64,000 nucleotides of DNA from positions 57,001 to 121,000 of IMG/VR virus record IMGVR_UViG_3300028888_001839. One strand, written 5' to 3'. Shown here in pieces: positions 1 through 10,822 of the stretch; position 1 is the first letter of the stretch, and each line of letters begins with the position of its first letter. A model generated the notes under the pieces. The model was not told the DNA's origin and made no database searches. It saw only the letters and a list, made by a program, of their open reading frames with translations. A program made the position numbers and the translations under genes. The stretch is from a virus (lineage: Duplodnaviria; Heunggongvirae; Uroviricota; Caudoviricetes).

Positions 1-1
1 C

Positions 2-3000
2 TCCGAACTTGGGGCTTACTGCTTTGCTGGCTGCACGAGCCTACGGACGTTAAATGGGTTCTCTACCAGTCTAGTTCAGTCGCTCGGTACTAACTGCTTT
101 GCGAGGTGTACTTCTCTCACTACACTAGAAGGGTTGCCCGGAAGCCTAGAAGAGATGGGGGTAGGGTGCTTTAGGGGTTGCACAGGATTAAGAGACTTGA
201 ACCACATACCAGATGCATGTACATATATACCTTCGTTTGGATTCGAGGGTTGTACGGGGCTTACGTCTCTCACGAACTTGAACACTTCAATAACGACTTT
301 TGGAGATTGTAGTTTTAAGGACTGCACGGGGCTCTCTACTCTCGAAGGAATGGGCAATCAGGAAGGAGTGGTATTTGACGAAGGAGTGTTCATTGGATGC
401 ACTGGGCTTTCTTCGCTTCAGGGGTTCAACACGAATTCCGCCCTATCAGTTTCTTGCTTTGAAGGATGCACTGGTCTTGCTTCGCTAAAAGGAATGCCCT
501 CTACAATTGTTACTATTCCATCGGGATGCTTTCTCGGCTGTATCGGTCTTTCCAATCTTCTTGGGATGGCGGAATCCTGCCAGCTCATTGAGTATTCCGC
601 TTTCAGCAACTGCACGGGAATCGTCTCTTTGGAAGGATGCTCTACTAATCTAATCGGCATAGGACCGTTTGCTTTCGCAGGATGTTCGATAACAAATCTT
701 GGGGGAATCTCTGCCGCACTCTTGGAGATAGGAGACTTTGCATTCACGGAGAACAAGGCGCTTGCCGACATATCCGATATTGTTTCATGCACAAACGAAT
801 TCACGTTCGGTGAAGGATGCTTTTACGGATGTGAAATCCTCGGCACAAACAATATAGTGCAGTCACTTCCGCCTAACACAAAGCAAATCGGGGTGATGGC
901 ATTTGCGGAATGTCCATACTTCGACATTGCGGAACTCCCCGAACCAGTGACAGAAATCGGCACTGCAGCATTCGCGGGGTGCTGGATGAGAAGTCTTTCG
1001 GCATTCCCGACGAACTGCCCTCATGTGGCGAGCAACCTTTTCGAGAGGACTAGTCTGGCAGACACAATCTTCTATCTGGACAACCCCCTCATGTTCTGGA
1101 AAGACTGTTTTCTGGATGAGAGAGACTTGGAGGTATTTGTTCTTGACACGTTCGATACCACGAGGATAGTACGGCTTCCTAACATAACATGCGAGTCTTT
1201 GGAGAGTGCAGACGGATTCCCGTTCGGGGCCTCCGACACAACTAGGTTTGTATGTTCTGATGGGTTCATCGTAAATGTCTCTAACGACTGGCGGTCTGTT
1301 AGAAAGTCTCTTGAAATAAGGTTTGAAGTAGGAACCATCTATGAAAGTTCATATTCTGAGTATATGCCACCAGGGGGAAGTGGGCATACCCCACGGCCAA
1401 ATATGTGGTGGACAACCAACTATCTGAACACAATATACATTCAGGGGATAAAGCCGCATAATAATGGGCTTCTTCACATAGACTTTGGCGACAACACAAA
1501 GACCAACATCTTTGCGGATGATAGGGTTACTCACACGTATGCCGCGACTGGCACATACGAGATTGCCGTATATGGAGAGTTCGACATCATCGGAACAAAG
1601 AACCGGTTTGTCGGAATAGAAGAAGAGCAGTTCCAGACATATGTGGCTAGCTATACGTACTACTATCACAGGTTCTACGACTTGGCGGGCAGCACCTCCA
1701 ACACCATATCAAGGGTTGTCGTCCTACCTACTAGCAAGGTCAAAGAAATCGGAGAAAGCGCATTCGACGGGCTAGGTGACGTTGAGGAATTTGTGGAAAT
1801 CATGCCCACGGTGGAAAAGATAGGAGCATATGCCTATCGTAATTGTACCAACATGAGCGGAAGCGTCTCCATTCCGTCTAACGTAGTTTCTTTGGGAGAA
1901 AGCGCATTCCAGGCTTGCAAGCTCATATCGAAGGTGACGATTGATTCCCCCGTCCTTACGAACCTTCCCAACTATGTGTTTGCTGACTGCACGAACCTGT
2001 ACTCCCTCACTTTCTCGCAGGAGAACAACCTGCTCTCCATCGGAGATTATATCCTGCAGGGCGTGCCTTTCAAGAGCAAGGTTCTGGACTTGAGCCTGTG
2101 CACGAACATTCAATCTATCGCAGCCTATTCGGTATTTGGAGCGACGTATCTGAATTCCATGATTCTATACAAGAACATAGACAAGATAAATGCCGACTTC
2201 TCAGGAACGAGTAAGATATTCGCAATCACGATGCTAACATACCAATGCGAAGATGTATGGGGGATACTGGAGTTCCCTCATTCCGGTCTTAACAACAAAT
2301 GGAATCTTCAAAAGAATACTTCTATAAACTGCATCGACGGCGACATAGTGGCGGTTGGATATCATTGGGAAATCAAATATGGAACCAACAGGATAAAATT
2401 GACAAACATAAAGTCGAACGATACATACACGGTTTCTCATGTTGTTTCAGATGGGACATTCTCGATAGACTGGGGAGATGGAACGGCAACTGAAAACATA
2501 TCGAAGGTTGCCGAGAATGTCTCCCACACATACACGGCCGATTGGGAGCATACGGTTGTCCGCTTGCTGTCTATCGACGGAAGTTCAATAATAGAAGTAG
2601 CCGGTACTCCCGCAGGCTTGCCGATGGTGTACAAGGAAGGTGCGGCGGTTCACACCAACATAACGGAAGTGTTCCTAGACAATTCCGTGAAGAATGTAGG
2701 AGACAACTCCTTTAAGGGATATTCTCTAATGGATAGTTTCCCGATAAACAGTTCTTCGACCTGCACGAACATAGGCAACTATGCATTTGCTGGATGCACT
2801 AGTCTCTCCATGTTCAACTATCCGTCCAAACCTTCCGCTATTTCGTTCGGGAGCCATATGCTTGACGGCTGCACCAATTTGAACGGGTATGCCATCAACC
2901 TGCGATACGGAGTATTCCCCTCTATGCAGACCAATACTTTTGCGGGACTTTCATCTATCAGAATGTACACTATACTTTATGTGGAGAACGTGCTTTCTAA

Positions 3001-5884
3001 AGTACCGGAGGGTAGCCTTTCCGATGGGGTGTCCATCGTATGCAGGGACGGAGAAGTGTATTATGAAGATGGGCAGAGGAAAACATACCTCCCTACGATA
3101 GAAGTCATTATAGAGGTTCCCGAAAGAACTACAGTAAGTCTTGGTTTTCCAGATGTCTATCAGGAAAAAATAGGAAGCGTAAACATAGGCCCCGCAATAT
3201 TCGGTCCTCCTATAGACTGGGGAGACCCTAGGACGGACGTATGGGAGCAGTTCATGGCGGAATCTACCTATTCCCATTACTATAGGAATGCGGGCACATA
3301 CAAGATAAGAATCTTTGCGGGGAACATGTCTGGGAATTACCCGATATTGACTCACGGTAGTTCACGAACTCGTGCCTATGGAGATGTAGACTATTATGAA
3401 GATAGAGTTGTAGAACTACCTCCAAGCATACAACCGTCAGTAGGTCAGACTTCTATATCGTATCCAGCCCGTACCCTGCCCGGCAAATTCCACAACGGAA
3501 GGTACGATTCGCAGGACGACCCGAACGACTACACCGCTTTCGTTTCGGACATGCGGGTGGTGAAGAAAATCATATTCAACAAGGATGCAATCAGCCCCGG
3601 TTTCGGAGAATGGTGCTTTGCTAATTCGCAGATGGATCACATTGAGGTTGAGAGTTTCGGTAGAACCCTATCTGTTGGGAAAGGATGCTTTGCGAACAGC
3701 GATGTCTCTGACCTTCGCGGAAAGAAGGCGAACACAGCAACGGCACTTGACTACGAGTTCTACGGATGCACAAACATAACAAACTTCTCTACCCAGTTTG
3801 GAGATATGTTTCATGTAGGTTCATATGCATTCAAGAATTCTGGACTGGCTTCTCTTGTAGGATGGAGAGATGGAGACACAAAGGTTCTTGACGGTGCTTT
3901 CGAGAACACCAAGCTAACCACGCTGGAAGGGATGCCAAACTCCATCAAAGAGATAGGGCTATATGCTTTCAAAAACTCGCAACTCCGGAATCTGGATGGG
4001 ATGTCAACGAATGTCGTTACGATAAGAAGGCAGGCATTTTGCGACACGAAGAACCTTGTAGACACCAAAGGCTTGCCAGAGAAACTTGAACTGATTGAAG
4101 GCTATGCTTTCAATGGAACGGACAATCTCAAGTTGATTGAGATGCCGAACAGGTCGGTAAAATTCTTTTATGAGAGTTTCCGTGCGACAAGAGCGGACGA
4201 CAAGTATCTATATGGGCCTTCCTACGTGAAAGGCGTGTATCAATCTTATCGGCATCAGTTCTTCCATTTTCCTCAAGCAGACATATTCCAATTCCGCCCT
4301 AACGTCTTCACGGCCATGTATCATCTTGATGGAAGTCCATATCGCGGGAGTCCGACGAGTATAAATTCGATAGGAAGCCTTGGCGCTTATAGTTATGTAC
4401 TAGGCTGTTTCTGCGAGAATGGCATTGTCGAGTATGGTGACCCTGGGCTTTATCTCTCTTCGCCTTTGACAACAACCAAGGTTACGGTAGATGGAGGAAC
4501 CTCTGTTGCCCCAGGCTTCTTCAAGACATACGACTCGAGACGCCAGTTCCTGATAGACTGGGGGGACGGAACTCGCGACTTCTACGACACAGACGACATG
4601 ATTGCCATCGAAAACGGCACGATGGCGATGAAGTCTCACACATATTCAGAGAGCGGAACATACGACATAAGGACCTATGGATACGTAAGCAACGTGGCAT
4701 TCCGTCCAACGGGAGGAAACCTCTATGCGAACATCTTCTATCCGTCCTCTATCATCAAGTCTTTCTCTTTCAATTCCGACTCCTGCATCTCTACAATCGG
4801 AAGCAAGACCTTTAGCAATGCAAGCGGCATTAATCAAAATGTAGTTGTCACCTGCGTAGCTTCTCCGATGGACAACCACAATAGGGCTACGCTTCCTGGG
4901 GCCGCGGCATACTACGATACGCAGAAAATGAAGCGCATTCCGGGCTATCCTTTTGGCGTCTCCTATCAAGACAACATTCACGGCATAGACTATTCGCTAT
5001 ACGACATAGCATATTTCCTCTCAGATGTTCCCGCCGGTACAATGGTTGGGTACTCCAACAGAAATGGAGACAAGTCTCAGTCTATATCTATCATCTGGGG
5101 AGATGGGACGACATCTAGCCGTGGCGGATTGGGTGGGCACACATACCATACGTACTCCAAGAAAGGAGACTACATTGTTGCCGTAAGGATTTACGACACC
5201 GAAAAGCAGAAGAAGTATGTATGCGGACTGCCGTTGCTCGTAGAGGGCGTAGGGCAGAGTCCATGCCCTTCGCTAAGAGTAGTTGGCGGAGAGTTTGCCA
5301 GAAGCAACCCATATCTTTATAGAGTAGAAGCTAACGGCATCATCGACATCGGGAACTATGCTTTCTACGGATGCAGCAACATGAGGTCGATTTCCGCTTT
5401 CAATTCCGGACTCGCTCGGATTGGGACTTCTGCCTTTGAAGGTACGGGCTTGAACAGGGTGCCAATGATAAACTCTTCAGCCGGAACCCTGGAGATTGGC
5501 AATGGGGCATTCAAGGTGGCTCCAAATCGTTTTTACCTATATGTGGGCAATCCCTTCTCAAAGGTTACTATCGGAAACGACGTGTTCAACGTGCAGCGCC
5601 CCTATGGGGCAGCAAATCTCGATGTCTACTTCAACGGGAAGGAAGGGGCAATCAAGAGCAGAAACGGATTCCCGTTCTGTTCCATTTCAGATGAGGGGTA
5701 TGGTCAGACAGAAGGAATATCATGGATAGAGAACAACCCATGGCATTTCAAAATCTGGTGCCTCGTGGACTGGGGACAGCAGCCTCTCGGGTACTTCCTC
5801 ACACCTAGGAAAACGGGTGGTTCAGGTGCGAGCGCGACATACGAATGGAAGGATGTCGCCACGGATGGTCTTCCTGATTTCTAA
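2..5884 (+). CDS. Giant BspA/TpLRR-type leucine-rich-repeat protein with interspersed PKD-like domains (5'-partial)
   Basis: Frame open from nt 2 (SELGAYCFAGCTSL...); many IGxxAFxGCTxLxxI repeats; several IDWGDG...HTY motifs. Confidence 0.85.
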   Translation, partial: SELGAYCFAGCTSLRTLNGFSTSLVQSLGTNCFARCTSLTTLEGLPGSLEEMGVGCFRGCTGLRDLNHIPDACTYIPSFGFEGCTGLTSLTNLNTSITTFGDCSFKDCTGLSTLEGMGNQEGVVFDEGVFIGCTGLSSLQGFNTNSALSVSCFEGCTGLASLKGMPSTIVTIPSGCFLGCIGLSNLLGMAESCQLIEYSAFSNCTGIVSLEGCSTNLIGIGPFAFAGCSITNLGGISAALLEIGDFAFTENKALADISDIVSCTNEFTFGEGCFYGCEILGTNNIVQSLPPNTKQIGVMAFAECPYFDIAELPEPVTEIGTAAFAGCWMRSLSAFPTNCPHVASNLFERTSLADTIFYLDNPLMFWKDCFLDERDLEVFVLDTFDTTRIVRLPNITCESLESADGFPFGASDTTRFVCSDGFIVNVSNDWRSVRKSLEIRFEVGTIYESSYSEYMPPGGSGHTPRPNMWWTTNYLNTIYIQGIKPHNNGLLHIDFGDNTKTNIFADDRVTHTYAATGTYEIAVYGEFDIIGTKNRFVGIEEEQFQTYVASYTYYYHRFYDLAGSTSNTISRVVVLPTSKVKEIGESAFDGLGDVEEFVEIMPTVEKIGAYAYRNCTNMSGSVSIPSNVVSLGESAFQACKLISKVTIDSPVLTNLPNYVFADCTNLYSLTFSQENNLLSIGDYILQGVPFKSKVLDLSLCTNIQSIAAYSVFGATYLNSMILYKNIDKINADFSGTSKIFAITMLTYQCEDVWGILEFPHSGLNNKWNLQKNTSINCIDGDIVAVGYHWEIKYGTNRIKLTNIKSNDTYTVSHVVSDGTFSIDWGDGTATENISKVAENVSHTYTADWEHTVVRLLSIDGSSIIEVAGTPAGLPMVYKEGAAVHTNITEVFLDNSVKNVGDNSFKGYSLMDSFPINSSSTCTNIGNYAFAGCTSLSMFNYPSKPSAISFGSHMLDGCTNLNGYAINLRYGVFPSMQTNTFAGLSSIRMYTILYVENVLSKVPEGSLSDGVSIVCRDGEVYYEDGQRKTYLPTIEVIIEVPERTTVSLGFPDVYQEKIGSVNIGPAIFGPPIDWGDPRTDVWEQFMAESTYSHYYRNAGTYKIRIFAGNMSGNYPILTHGSSRTRAYGDVDYYEDRVVELPPSIQPSVGQTSISYPARTLPGKFHNGRYDSQDDPNDYTAFVSDMRVVKKIIFNKDAISPGFGEWCFANSQMDHIEVESFGRTLSVGKGCFANSDVSDLRGKKANTATALDYEFYGCTNITNFSTQFGDMFHVGSYAFKNSGLASLVGWRDGDTKVLDGAFENTKLTTLEGMPNSIKEIGLYAFKNSQLRNLDGMSTNVVTIRRQAFCDTKNLVDTKGLPEKLELIEGYAFNGTDNLKLIEMPNRSVKFFYESFRATRADDKYLYGPSYVKGVYQSYRHQFFHFPQADIFQFRPNVFTAMYHLDGSPYRGSPTSINSIGSLGAYSYVLGCFCENGIVEYGDPGLYLSSPLTTTKVTVDGGTSVAPGFFKTYDSRRQFLIDWGDGTRDFYDTDDMIAIENGTMAMKSHTYSESGTYDIRTYGYVSNVAFRPTGGNLYANIFYPSSIIKSFSFNSDSCISTIGSKTFSNASGINQNVVVTCVASPMDNHNRATLPGAAAYYDTQKMKRIPGYPFGVSYQDNIHGIDYSLYDIAYFLSDVPAGTMVGYSNRNGDKSQSISIIWGDGTTSSRGGLGGHTYHTYSKKGDYIVAVRIYDTEKQKKYVCGLPLLVEGVGQSPCPSLRVVGGEFARSNPYLYRVEANGIIDIGNYAFYGCSNMRSISAFNSGLARIGTSAFEGTGLNRVPMINSSAGTLEIGNGAFKVAPNRFYLYVGNPFSKVTIGNDVFNVQRPYGAANLDVYFNGKEGAIKSRNGFPFCSISDEGYGQTEGISWIENNPWHFKIWCLVDWGQQPLGYFLTPRKTGGSGASATYEWKDVATDGLPDF

Positions 5885-5931
5885 TGGCGCTGGAAAATAA
5901 CCTAATGGCATTTTCAAGAAGGAGCAGAGGT

Positions 5932-8757
5932 ATGAAGAATATCGGATTTTGGGCTATTGTGGCATTGTGTCTCGCGGCGTTTGGTGAGGCGGTTCCGCAG
6001 AATCTAGGCAACATTCGCGTGACCACTCCGATGTACACGGCGGCACAGACCGACGAACGGATCGTTGAACTTGCGCCTAATCCCGGAAACTATGAGACCG
6101 TGAGCAATAGGGCGATGGAGTCGGTGCAGAGTGAGGAATTGGGTGAGGACATAGAGGACTGGCTTTACGATGGCGGTCTTGACTTTTTTAACGATTGGCT
6201 ACCAGATGCACTAGATATTATAGATGAATATACCCCTAGGTATTATAGAATAAACCAGCCGTTCTACTGGACTAATAGAATATTTAATGTCATATTGGAC
6301 AGTTCCAGCCAATCGAAACTGAGACTATTTTTTGACACCGACCATGGTTTCTTATTGGACGAATATGGTATAACTTTAATAGGGCCGTTGGATTTAATAG
6401 GGCCGTTGGATGCTAAGAGTACGACAGATATAGACTCGATATGGAACTTGGCAGGGCTTACCGAATTGACGCTCCCGAGACACGTCTATGCAGAAGAGTC
6501 TCCTGCTTACAGATTTATCGACTTATGGTCGCTTGCCACAACGAACGATGTAAAAGAAGCCACAAATGGGAAAAGAGATTATGGGGACATATCCTGCACG
6601 AACGACGCATGGTTCTTGACTTACCCAGAAGGAGTAGACTATGCAGGTCAGACGGTAATGTTTGTGAAGACTGGAGAAAACATCTGGAGCCACAACTTTC
6701 CAGACGAAGGGTATACTGAAACCATTAAGTTTGAGTATGCCTTTGGACAATGGCTATGGAATTGGAGTGGTGTGTACTCCGAAGCCTCTTCCAATGCGAC
6801 GGAAGTTGTATTTGACGACGACGGCACGAAATACATTGCGATTAGGGGTAAGAGGCTCGCGCTGGACACCGAGATACCGACGAACAAGACGGCCTCGCAG
6901 GGCGGCACCGAAACTTCCCTCGTCACGACTGGCGACAAGTACAACTGGAACAGCAAGGCGGCCGCCGCCGACCTCCGCTACAGCATCGCGGAGGCGCAGG
7001 TCGCTGAGTGGCGAGTGCCCGATTCGTGGCTTGACATCACATACACGTCAGAAGGAGCTACATATACTATCACGTCACTTGATAGTATAGGCATTGATGT
7101 TGTCAGCGATTACATTGACCTTGTCGATGAATCAGGCGGATTGCTGCGCTTTGCAAGGTTCGATAATGCTACTGGCCTATTTGTCGGTATCGGCAGCGAC
7201 GCTAGCGATTTGACTTTCGACGGCGTTGCGCCTACTGCAACCACCGCCCTCGCGCCCGCCTCATACGTCGTCGCCGACCGCACGGTGAACATTGCGACAA
7301 ATGCCTCTTCCACTATTGAGGTCACCTTCCCCGACCCTGTCTCTGGCAAATCCAGAGATTTCAGCATTCTCGCCGCTGCTAACACGTCAGTATCTTTCCC
7401 AACAAACATAACTATTCACAGGGTTAAATCTTTGTCGGACTCATTGAAACTGATTGAATATGTTGAGGCTACGGGGACGCAGTACGTGGACACCGGAATC
7501 ATCGGCAAGGTCGGCACAAGGGCGACTGCCAAGTTCATGTACAATCAGTCCGCTTCTTCGTTCCCAGTCCTTTTAGGCTCGGACTCCACCGGCAACACGA
7601 GGTTCAACCTCATTGGTTTCTGGGGCGAGTCTTTAGATTTTCAATACGGAACAAAGTTTGCTCATGCCTTTGGCAATTATGGATATGTCCCTTTTGGGGG
7701 GATTTACTCGGTTGACAGCGAGATAAGTTCTGGGGCCATGTGGACGGCAACTAGCTATGATTCAACAGGAGCCGTAATTGCTAACGTTACCACAAACGTG
7801 TCTTCCGAAGGATTCATAGACACGGATCGGACGATGTACCTTTTTGCTGTAAACGTAGGAGGTGGGTACGGCGCATCTGGGTTCTTCAATGGAAGGCTAT
7901 ATGACTTAGAGATATGGCAGGACGGCATTCGCCGCCATTTCATTCCGTGTATGTTAGACGGAGAGGTTGGACTTTATGAGGAGGTGACGGAATTGGTGTA
8001 TACTTCCGAGACTACTCCTTTAATTGCTGGGCCAATAACAAATGCTCCGTCTGACAAAGTTCTCTACACGCTAGTTGAAGTGTCACACGATGAATTCAAG
8101 TGCCAGATTGACGAGTTGCCTGATAATAAATTCCGTCTGGCAGGGATAAAGCCGAAAGGGACTGGCCGTGAAAGCCTGCGCTCTAAAGAATTTGCATTGG
8201 CAATGCAGACAAAAAGTAATCCTAGAAGCACAAACACAAGCAGCGGCCTCAATGACCTAGAAGGGTTCTCAATCCCCGAATATATGTCGGCCTTGGCGAG
8301 ATACAGATACGACGAACAGACGGAAACATGTTATAGAGTGGCTATCTCAAATGAATGCATTATGCTTGTTGCGGTCACTAACATAGACCTGACGGCTGCA
8401 CAGAACATAGCCGCCTTAAGGCATATGGAGGACACTCATCTTGAAAGGCTTCCACCAGTAGTGTCTTATGGATATACAGAAGGCCATGAATCGGACAGGA
8501 ACATTATAAATGCAGAAGCCGGAAACTATGTATTGTCTGGAAGTGGTTTGGGAGAATCGTATGTCATAGTTTCCTATGTTTCGGCCGGGGAGAAGGCTAA
8601 GATAATTTCTTCAGAGTCTGTCACGCTCTCTCCAACTAAGATTACGATAGACTCGTCGGCCTTGAAGGAATTAAAAACAGAGCTTGGGTCGCATGTTGTT
8701 TTCACTGTCTATAACAAATATGGGCATACAACTTCTGCCGCTGAAGTCGAAATGTAA
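5932..8757 (+). CDS. Tail-fibre/adhesin-like mosaic protein with N-terminal signal peptide
   Basis: ATG 5932 after AAGGAG; MKNIGFWAIVALCLAAFG signal-like N-terminus; IEYVEATGTQYVDTG...FIPC...GLYE lectin-like module. Confidence 0.55.
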   Translation: MKNIGFWAIVALCLAAFGEAVPQNLGNIRVTTPMYTAAQTDERIVELAPNPGNYETVSNRAMESVQSEELGEDIEDWLYDGGLDFFNDWLPDALDIIDEYTPRYYRINQPFYWTNRIFNVILDSSSQSKLRLFFDTDHGFLLDEYGITLIGPLDLIGPLDAKSTTDIDSIWNLAGLTELTLPRHVYAEESPAYRFIDLWSLATTNDVKEATNGKRDYGDISCTNDAWFLTYPEGVDYAGQTVMFVKTGENIWSHNFPDEGYTETIKFEYAFGQWLWNWSGVYSEASSNATEVVFDDDGTKYIAIRGKRLALDTEIPTNKTASQGGTETSLVTTGDKYNWNSKAAAADLRYSIAEAQVAEWRVPDSWLDITYTSEGATYTITSLDSIGIDVVSDYIDLVDESGGLLRFARFDNATGLFVGIGSDASDLTFDGVAPTATTALAPASYVVADRTVNIATNASSTIEVTFPDPVSGKSRDFSILAAANTSVSFPTNITIHRVKSLSDSLKLIEYVEATGTQYVDTGIIGKVGTRATAKFMYNQSASSFPVLLGSDSTGNTRFNLIGFWGESLDFQYGTKFAHAFGNYGYVPFGGIYSVDSEISSGAMWTATSYDSTGAVIANVTTNVSSEGFIDTDRTMYLFAVNVGGGYGASGFFNGRLYDLEIWQDGIRRHFIPCMLDGEVGLYEEVTELVYTSETTPLIAGPITNAPSDKVLYTLVEVSHDEFKCQIDELPDNKFRLAGIKPKGTGRESLRSKEFALAMQTKSNPRSTNTSSGLNDLEGFSIPEYMSALARYRYDEQTETCYRVAISNECIMLVAVTNIDLTAAQNIAALRHMEDTHLERLPPVVSYGYTEGHESDRNIINAEAGNYVLSGSGLGESYVIVSYVSAGEKAKIISSESVTLSPTKITIDSSALKELKTELGSHVVFTVYNKYGHTTSAAEVEM
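6375..6410 (+). repeat. Perfect 18-bp tandem duplication (LIGPLD x2)
   Basis: tttaatagggccgttgga twice. Confidence 0.9.
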
Positions 8758-8775
8758 GAATAGATGGTATGGACT

Positions 8776-8813
8776 AAGGGACGGGAACTCGGCAGCCGTC
8801 CCCTTTTCCTTTT
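8776..8813 (+). terminator. Intrinsic terminator
   Basis: gggacgg/ccgtccc stem followed by T-run. Confidence 0.7.
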
Positions 8814-8832
8814 CTGGCATGAATAAGAAGCC

Positions 8833-9363
8833 ATGTTCAACTACATCACAAGCGAAACCGTGATACCGACCCTCGCCTTCACCAAGGCGGAACTGGTGTA
8901 TCTCCTGAAAGTCATCTTGAAGGAAATCCCCGACACGGACAACTACAACAAGATAGAGATGGTGGAAGTCCGCCACTACATGAACCAGATAAAGGACAGG
9001 GTTTCGCTGGCGCTTGCGGACGGCACGATTAGACGAGGTACGATGCTTTCGGGAGAGAAGCAGGTAGAAGATACCCCTAAAGTAGAGAAGCGGCCAGAAG
9101 GCCCTTCTATGGCGGATTTGAAGAGGCAGTTTCCGACCTTGACGGAAGAAGAGATAAGGGAAGTGCTAGACAGGGCTAGGGCGGAGCAGAGGAAGAAAGC
9201 GGAGGAGGAGAGGAAGAATGCTCCACCTCCCCCTCCGTCGTTCATAGCCAAGCCAGAAGAGGTAGAAGAGGGAAAGCCCATAGAGCAGCCCGTTCTTACT
9301 CCGCAGGCGAAGAAGGATAGGGAGAACTCAAAGAAGTTTGCGCAGATGCTTGGGGCAATTTAG
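8833..9363 (+). CDS. Hypothetical protein
   Basis: 176-aa ORF, charged and Pro-rich C-terminal half. Confidence 0.7.
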   Translation: MFNYITSETVIPTLAFTKAELVYLLKVILKEIPDTDNYNKIEMVEVRHYMNQIKDRVSLALADGTIRRGTMLSGEKQVEDTPKVEKRPEGPSMADLKRQFPTLTEEEIREVLDRARAEQRKKAEEERKNAPPPPPSFIAKPEEVEEGKPIEQPVLTPQAKKDRENSKKFAQMLGAI

Positions 9364-9391
9364 AAAATCTGCTCTAAAGTTCTACCCCCTC

Positions 9392-9421
9392 TTGAAACCC
9401 ACCTTCCAGGTGTGGTATAAT
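9392..9421 (+). promoter_or_regulatory. Sigma70-type promoter with palindrome in spacer
   Basis: TTGAAA-18-TATAAT, extended TG; CACCT-N3-AGGTG in spacer. Confidence 0.75.
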
Positions 9422-9450
9422 GTCCGCCGTCAAGGAAAAGGACAAAGACA

Positions 9451-9759
9451 ATGACGTTTGATAGTAGCAATAGAGAGATGTTGGAAAACGAAACGACAAT
9501 GGAATCGCTTACCAATCAGATTCGGGTAGCGATGGGCGAGGGGTGCATTAGCCCTTGTCGTGTATACGACATGGTGGATGAGGCACTTGACCGCCTTAAG
9601 AAGCAGGAAGAAGTATTGAAGAAAGCCCACGACTTCTTGCGGAAGTATGTCAATTGCACGGCAGACTTCAAGGCTTCCGATGCTAGAGGAATTGCAGACG
9701 ATTTGTGGGATGCAATCCACAAGGGTGACAAGGAGTGGAGAAAGGTTCACAAGAAGTGA
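9451..9759 (+). CDS. Hypothetical protein
   Basis: ATG follows AAGGACAAAGACA leader. Confidence 0.7.
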   Translation: MTFDSSNREMLENETTMESLTNQIRVAMGEGCISPCRVYDMVDEALDRLKKQEEVLKKAHDFLRKYVNCTADFKASDARGIADDLWDAIHKGDKEWRKVHKK

Positions 9760-9769
9760 GGGGAATCAG

Positions 9770-10132
9770 ATGACCGTAGAGGAATTTGAGGAGAAGTACA
9801 ACAGCCTCCAGAAGGAAGGGATTGAACTTTATGAGGCAATGAAGCCTTTACTGGCTAGGCTCAAGGTTCTTGCCCGTAGGAGCTTGTCTCTTTATGAATC
9901 CGCAGACCATGACAAAGGGATTTATCGAAAGGAGAAGCATTATCTTTACGATGGAAAGGGTGAAGACTCTTGGGAGCCAGACGGATGGAACTACGCCATT
10001 ATGTTCCGATTGATTGACATGGAATGGATTCGCGACAATGTGAGCATGTTTTCAAACTGTCTCTATAACTTGAAATACACACCTTTCCGCAAGAAACAGA
10101 AGAAATGCAAGAAAACCAATGGCAACCAATAG
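9770..10132 (+). CDS. Hypothetical protein
   Basis: GAGGGG SD, MTVEEFEEKY start. Confidence 0.7.
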   Translation: MTVEEFEEKYNSLQKEGIELYEAMKPLLARLKVLARRSLSLYESADHDKGIYRKEKHYLYDGKGEDSWEPDGWNYAIMFRLIDMEWIRDNVSMFSNCLYNLKYTPFRKKQKKCKKTNGNQ

Positions 10133-10619
10133 TAAGAAAAATCCTAAAAAGGAATCAATAGACCGTCTCCCCATGTGGGATTGGGAAACTCTCGTAGCCT
10201 CTTGGCGCTATTTCCAATATGGAATGACGATATCTTCTGCATCTTTCCCAAGAGAAATTGTGAATAGGTTCTGGGAAGAAGGAAACCGTTATTCTGATGA
10301 AGTTAGAAATACCATCGCCAATCAGTTTGCAATGACAGACCATTGTCGTAATGGAGAAAAGGACTGGACAGACATCAGCCACTTGATGGACTGCGACAAA
10401 AAGGCATGGACAACTTTCTATCGGTTCTGCGAAGCATGGGTCAAGGGATTCACTCCTATCACGGTCAAGAACCCCGACACCAAGAAGGTAGAGGGCATCA
10501 TGGCTTTCCATGTGGACTATACCGACAGATGGCTAGGCAGAGACCAGTACATCAAGTGGGGGGATAGGGGTTTTATCAACCCTAAGTGCATCTTGCACAT
10601 TCCAGAGAGGGTGAAATGA
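10119..10619 (+). CDS. Hypothetical protein
   Basis: 166-aa ORF, overlaps neighbours. Confidence 0.7.
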   Translation: MATNSKKNPKKESIDRLPMWDWETLVASWRYFQYGMTISSASFPREIVNRFWEEGNRYSDEVRNTIANQFAMTDHCRNGEKDWTDISHLMDCDKKAWTTFYRFCEAWVKGFTPITVKNPDTKKVEGIMAFHVDYTDRWLGRDQYIKWGDRGFINPKCILHIPERVK

Positions 10620-10822
10620 TGAAAGGCAAATGGACTGCGGTACGGAACGATGGAGGGGCATATCTCTGTCTGGATGGGATGGAGATAGCCCATGTGGGTA
10701 ATATGTGGAGCTCCTACCTTGATGACCAGGGGATTCCCCTAAATGGTTTTAAGAGAGCGAAATGGCTTTGCGAGATTTTGAACCGGAAGACAAAGGGAGA
10801 GGACAAGCGGAATGAAAATTGA
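10616..10822 (+). CDS. Hypothetical protein
   Basis: ATGA coupling with upstream stop. Confidence 0.6.
   Translation: MMKGKWTAVRNDGGAYLCLDGMEIAHVGNMWSSYLDDQGIPLNGFKRAKWLCEILNRKTKGEDKRNEN

Noticed and set aside
2-8757. Diversity-generating retroelement targeting the adhesin genes
   Set aside because: No reverse transcriptase and no TR/VR pair seen in the window
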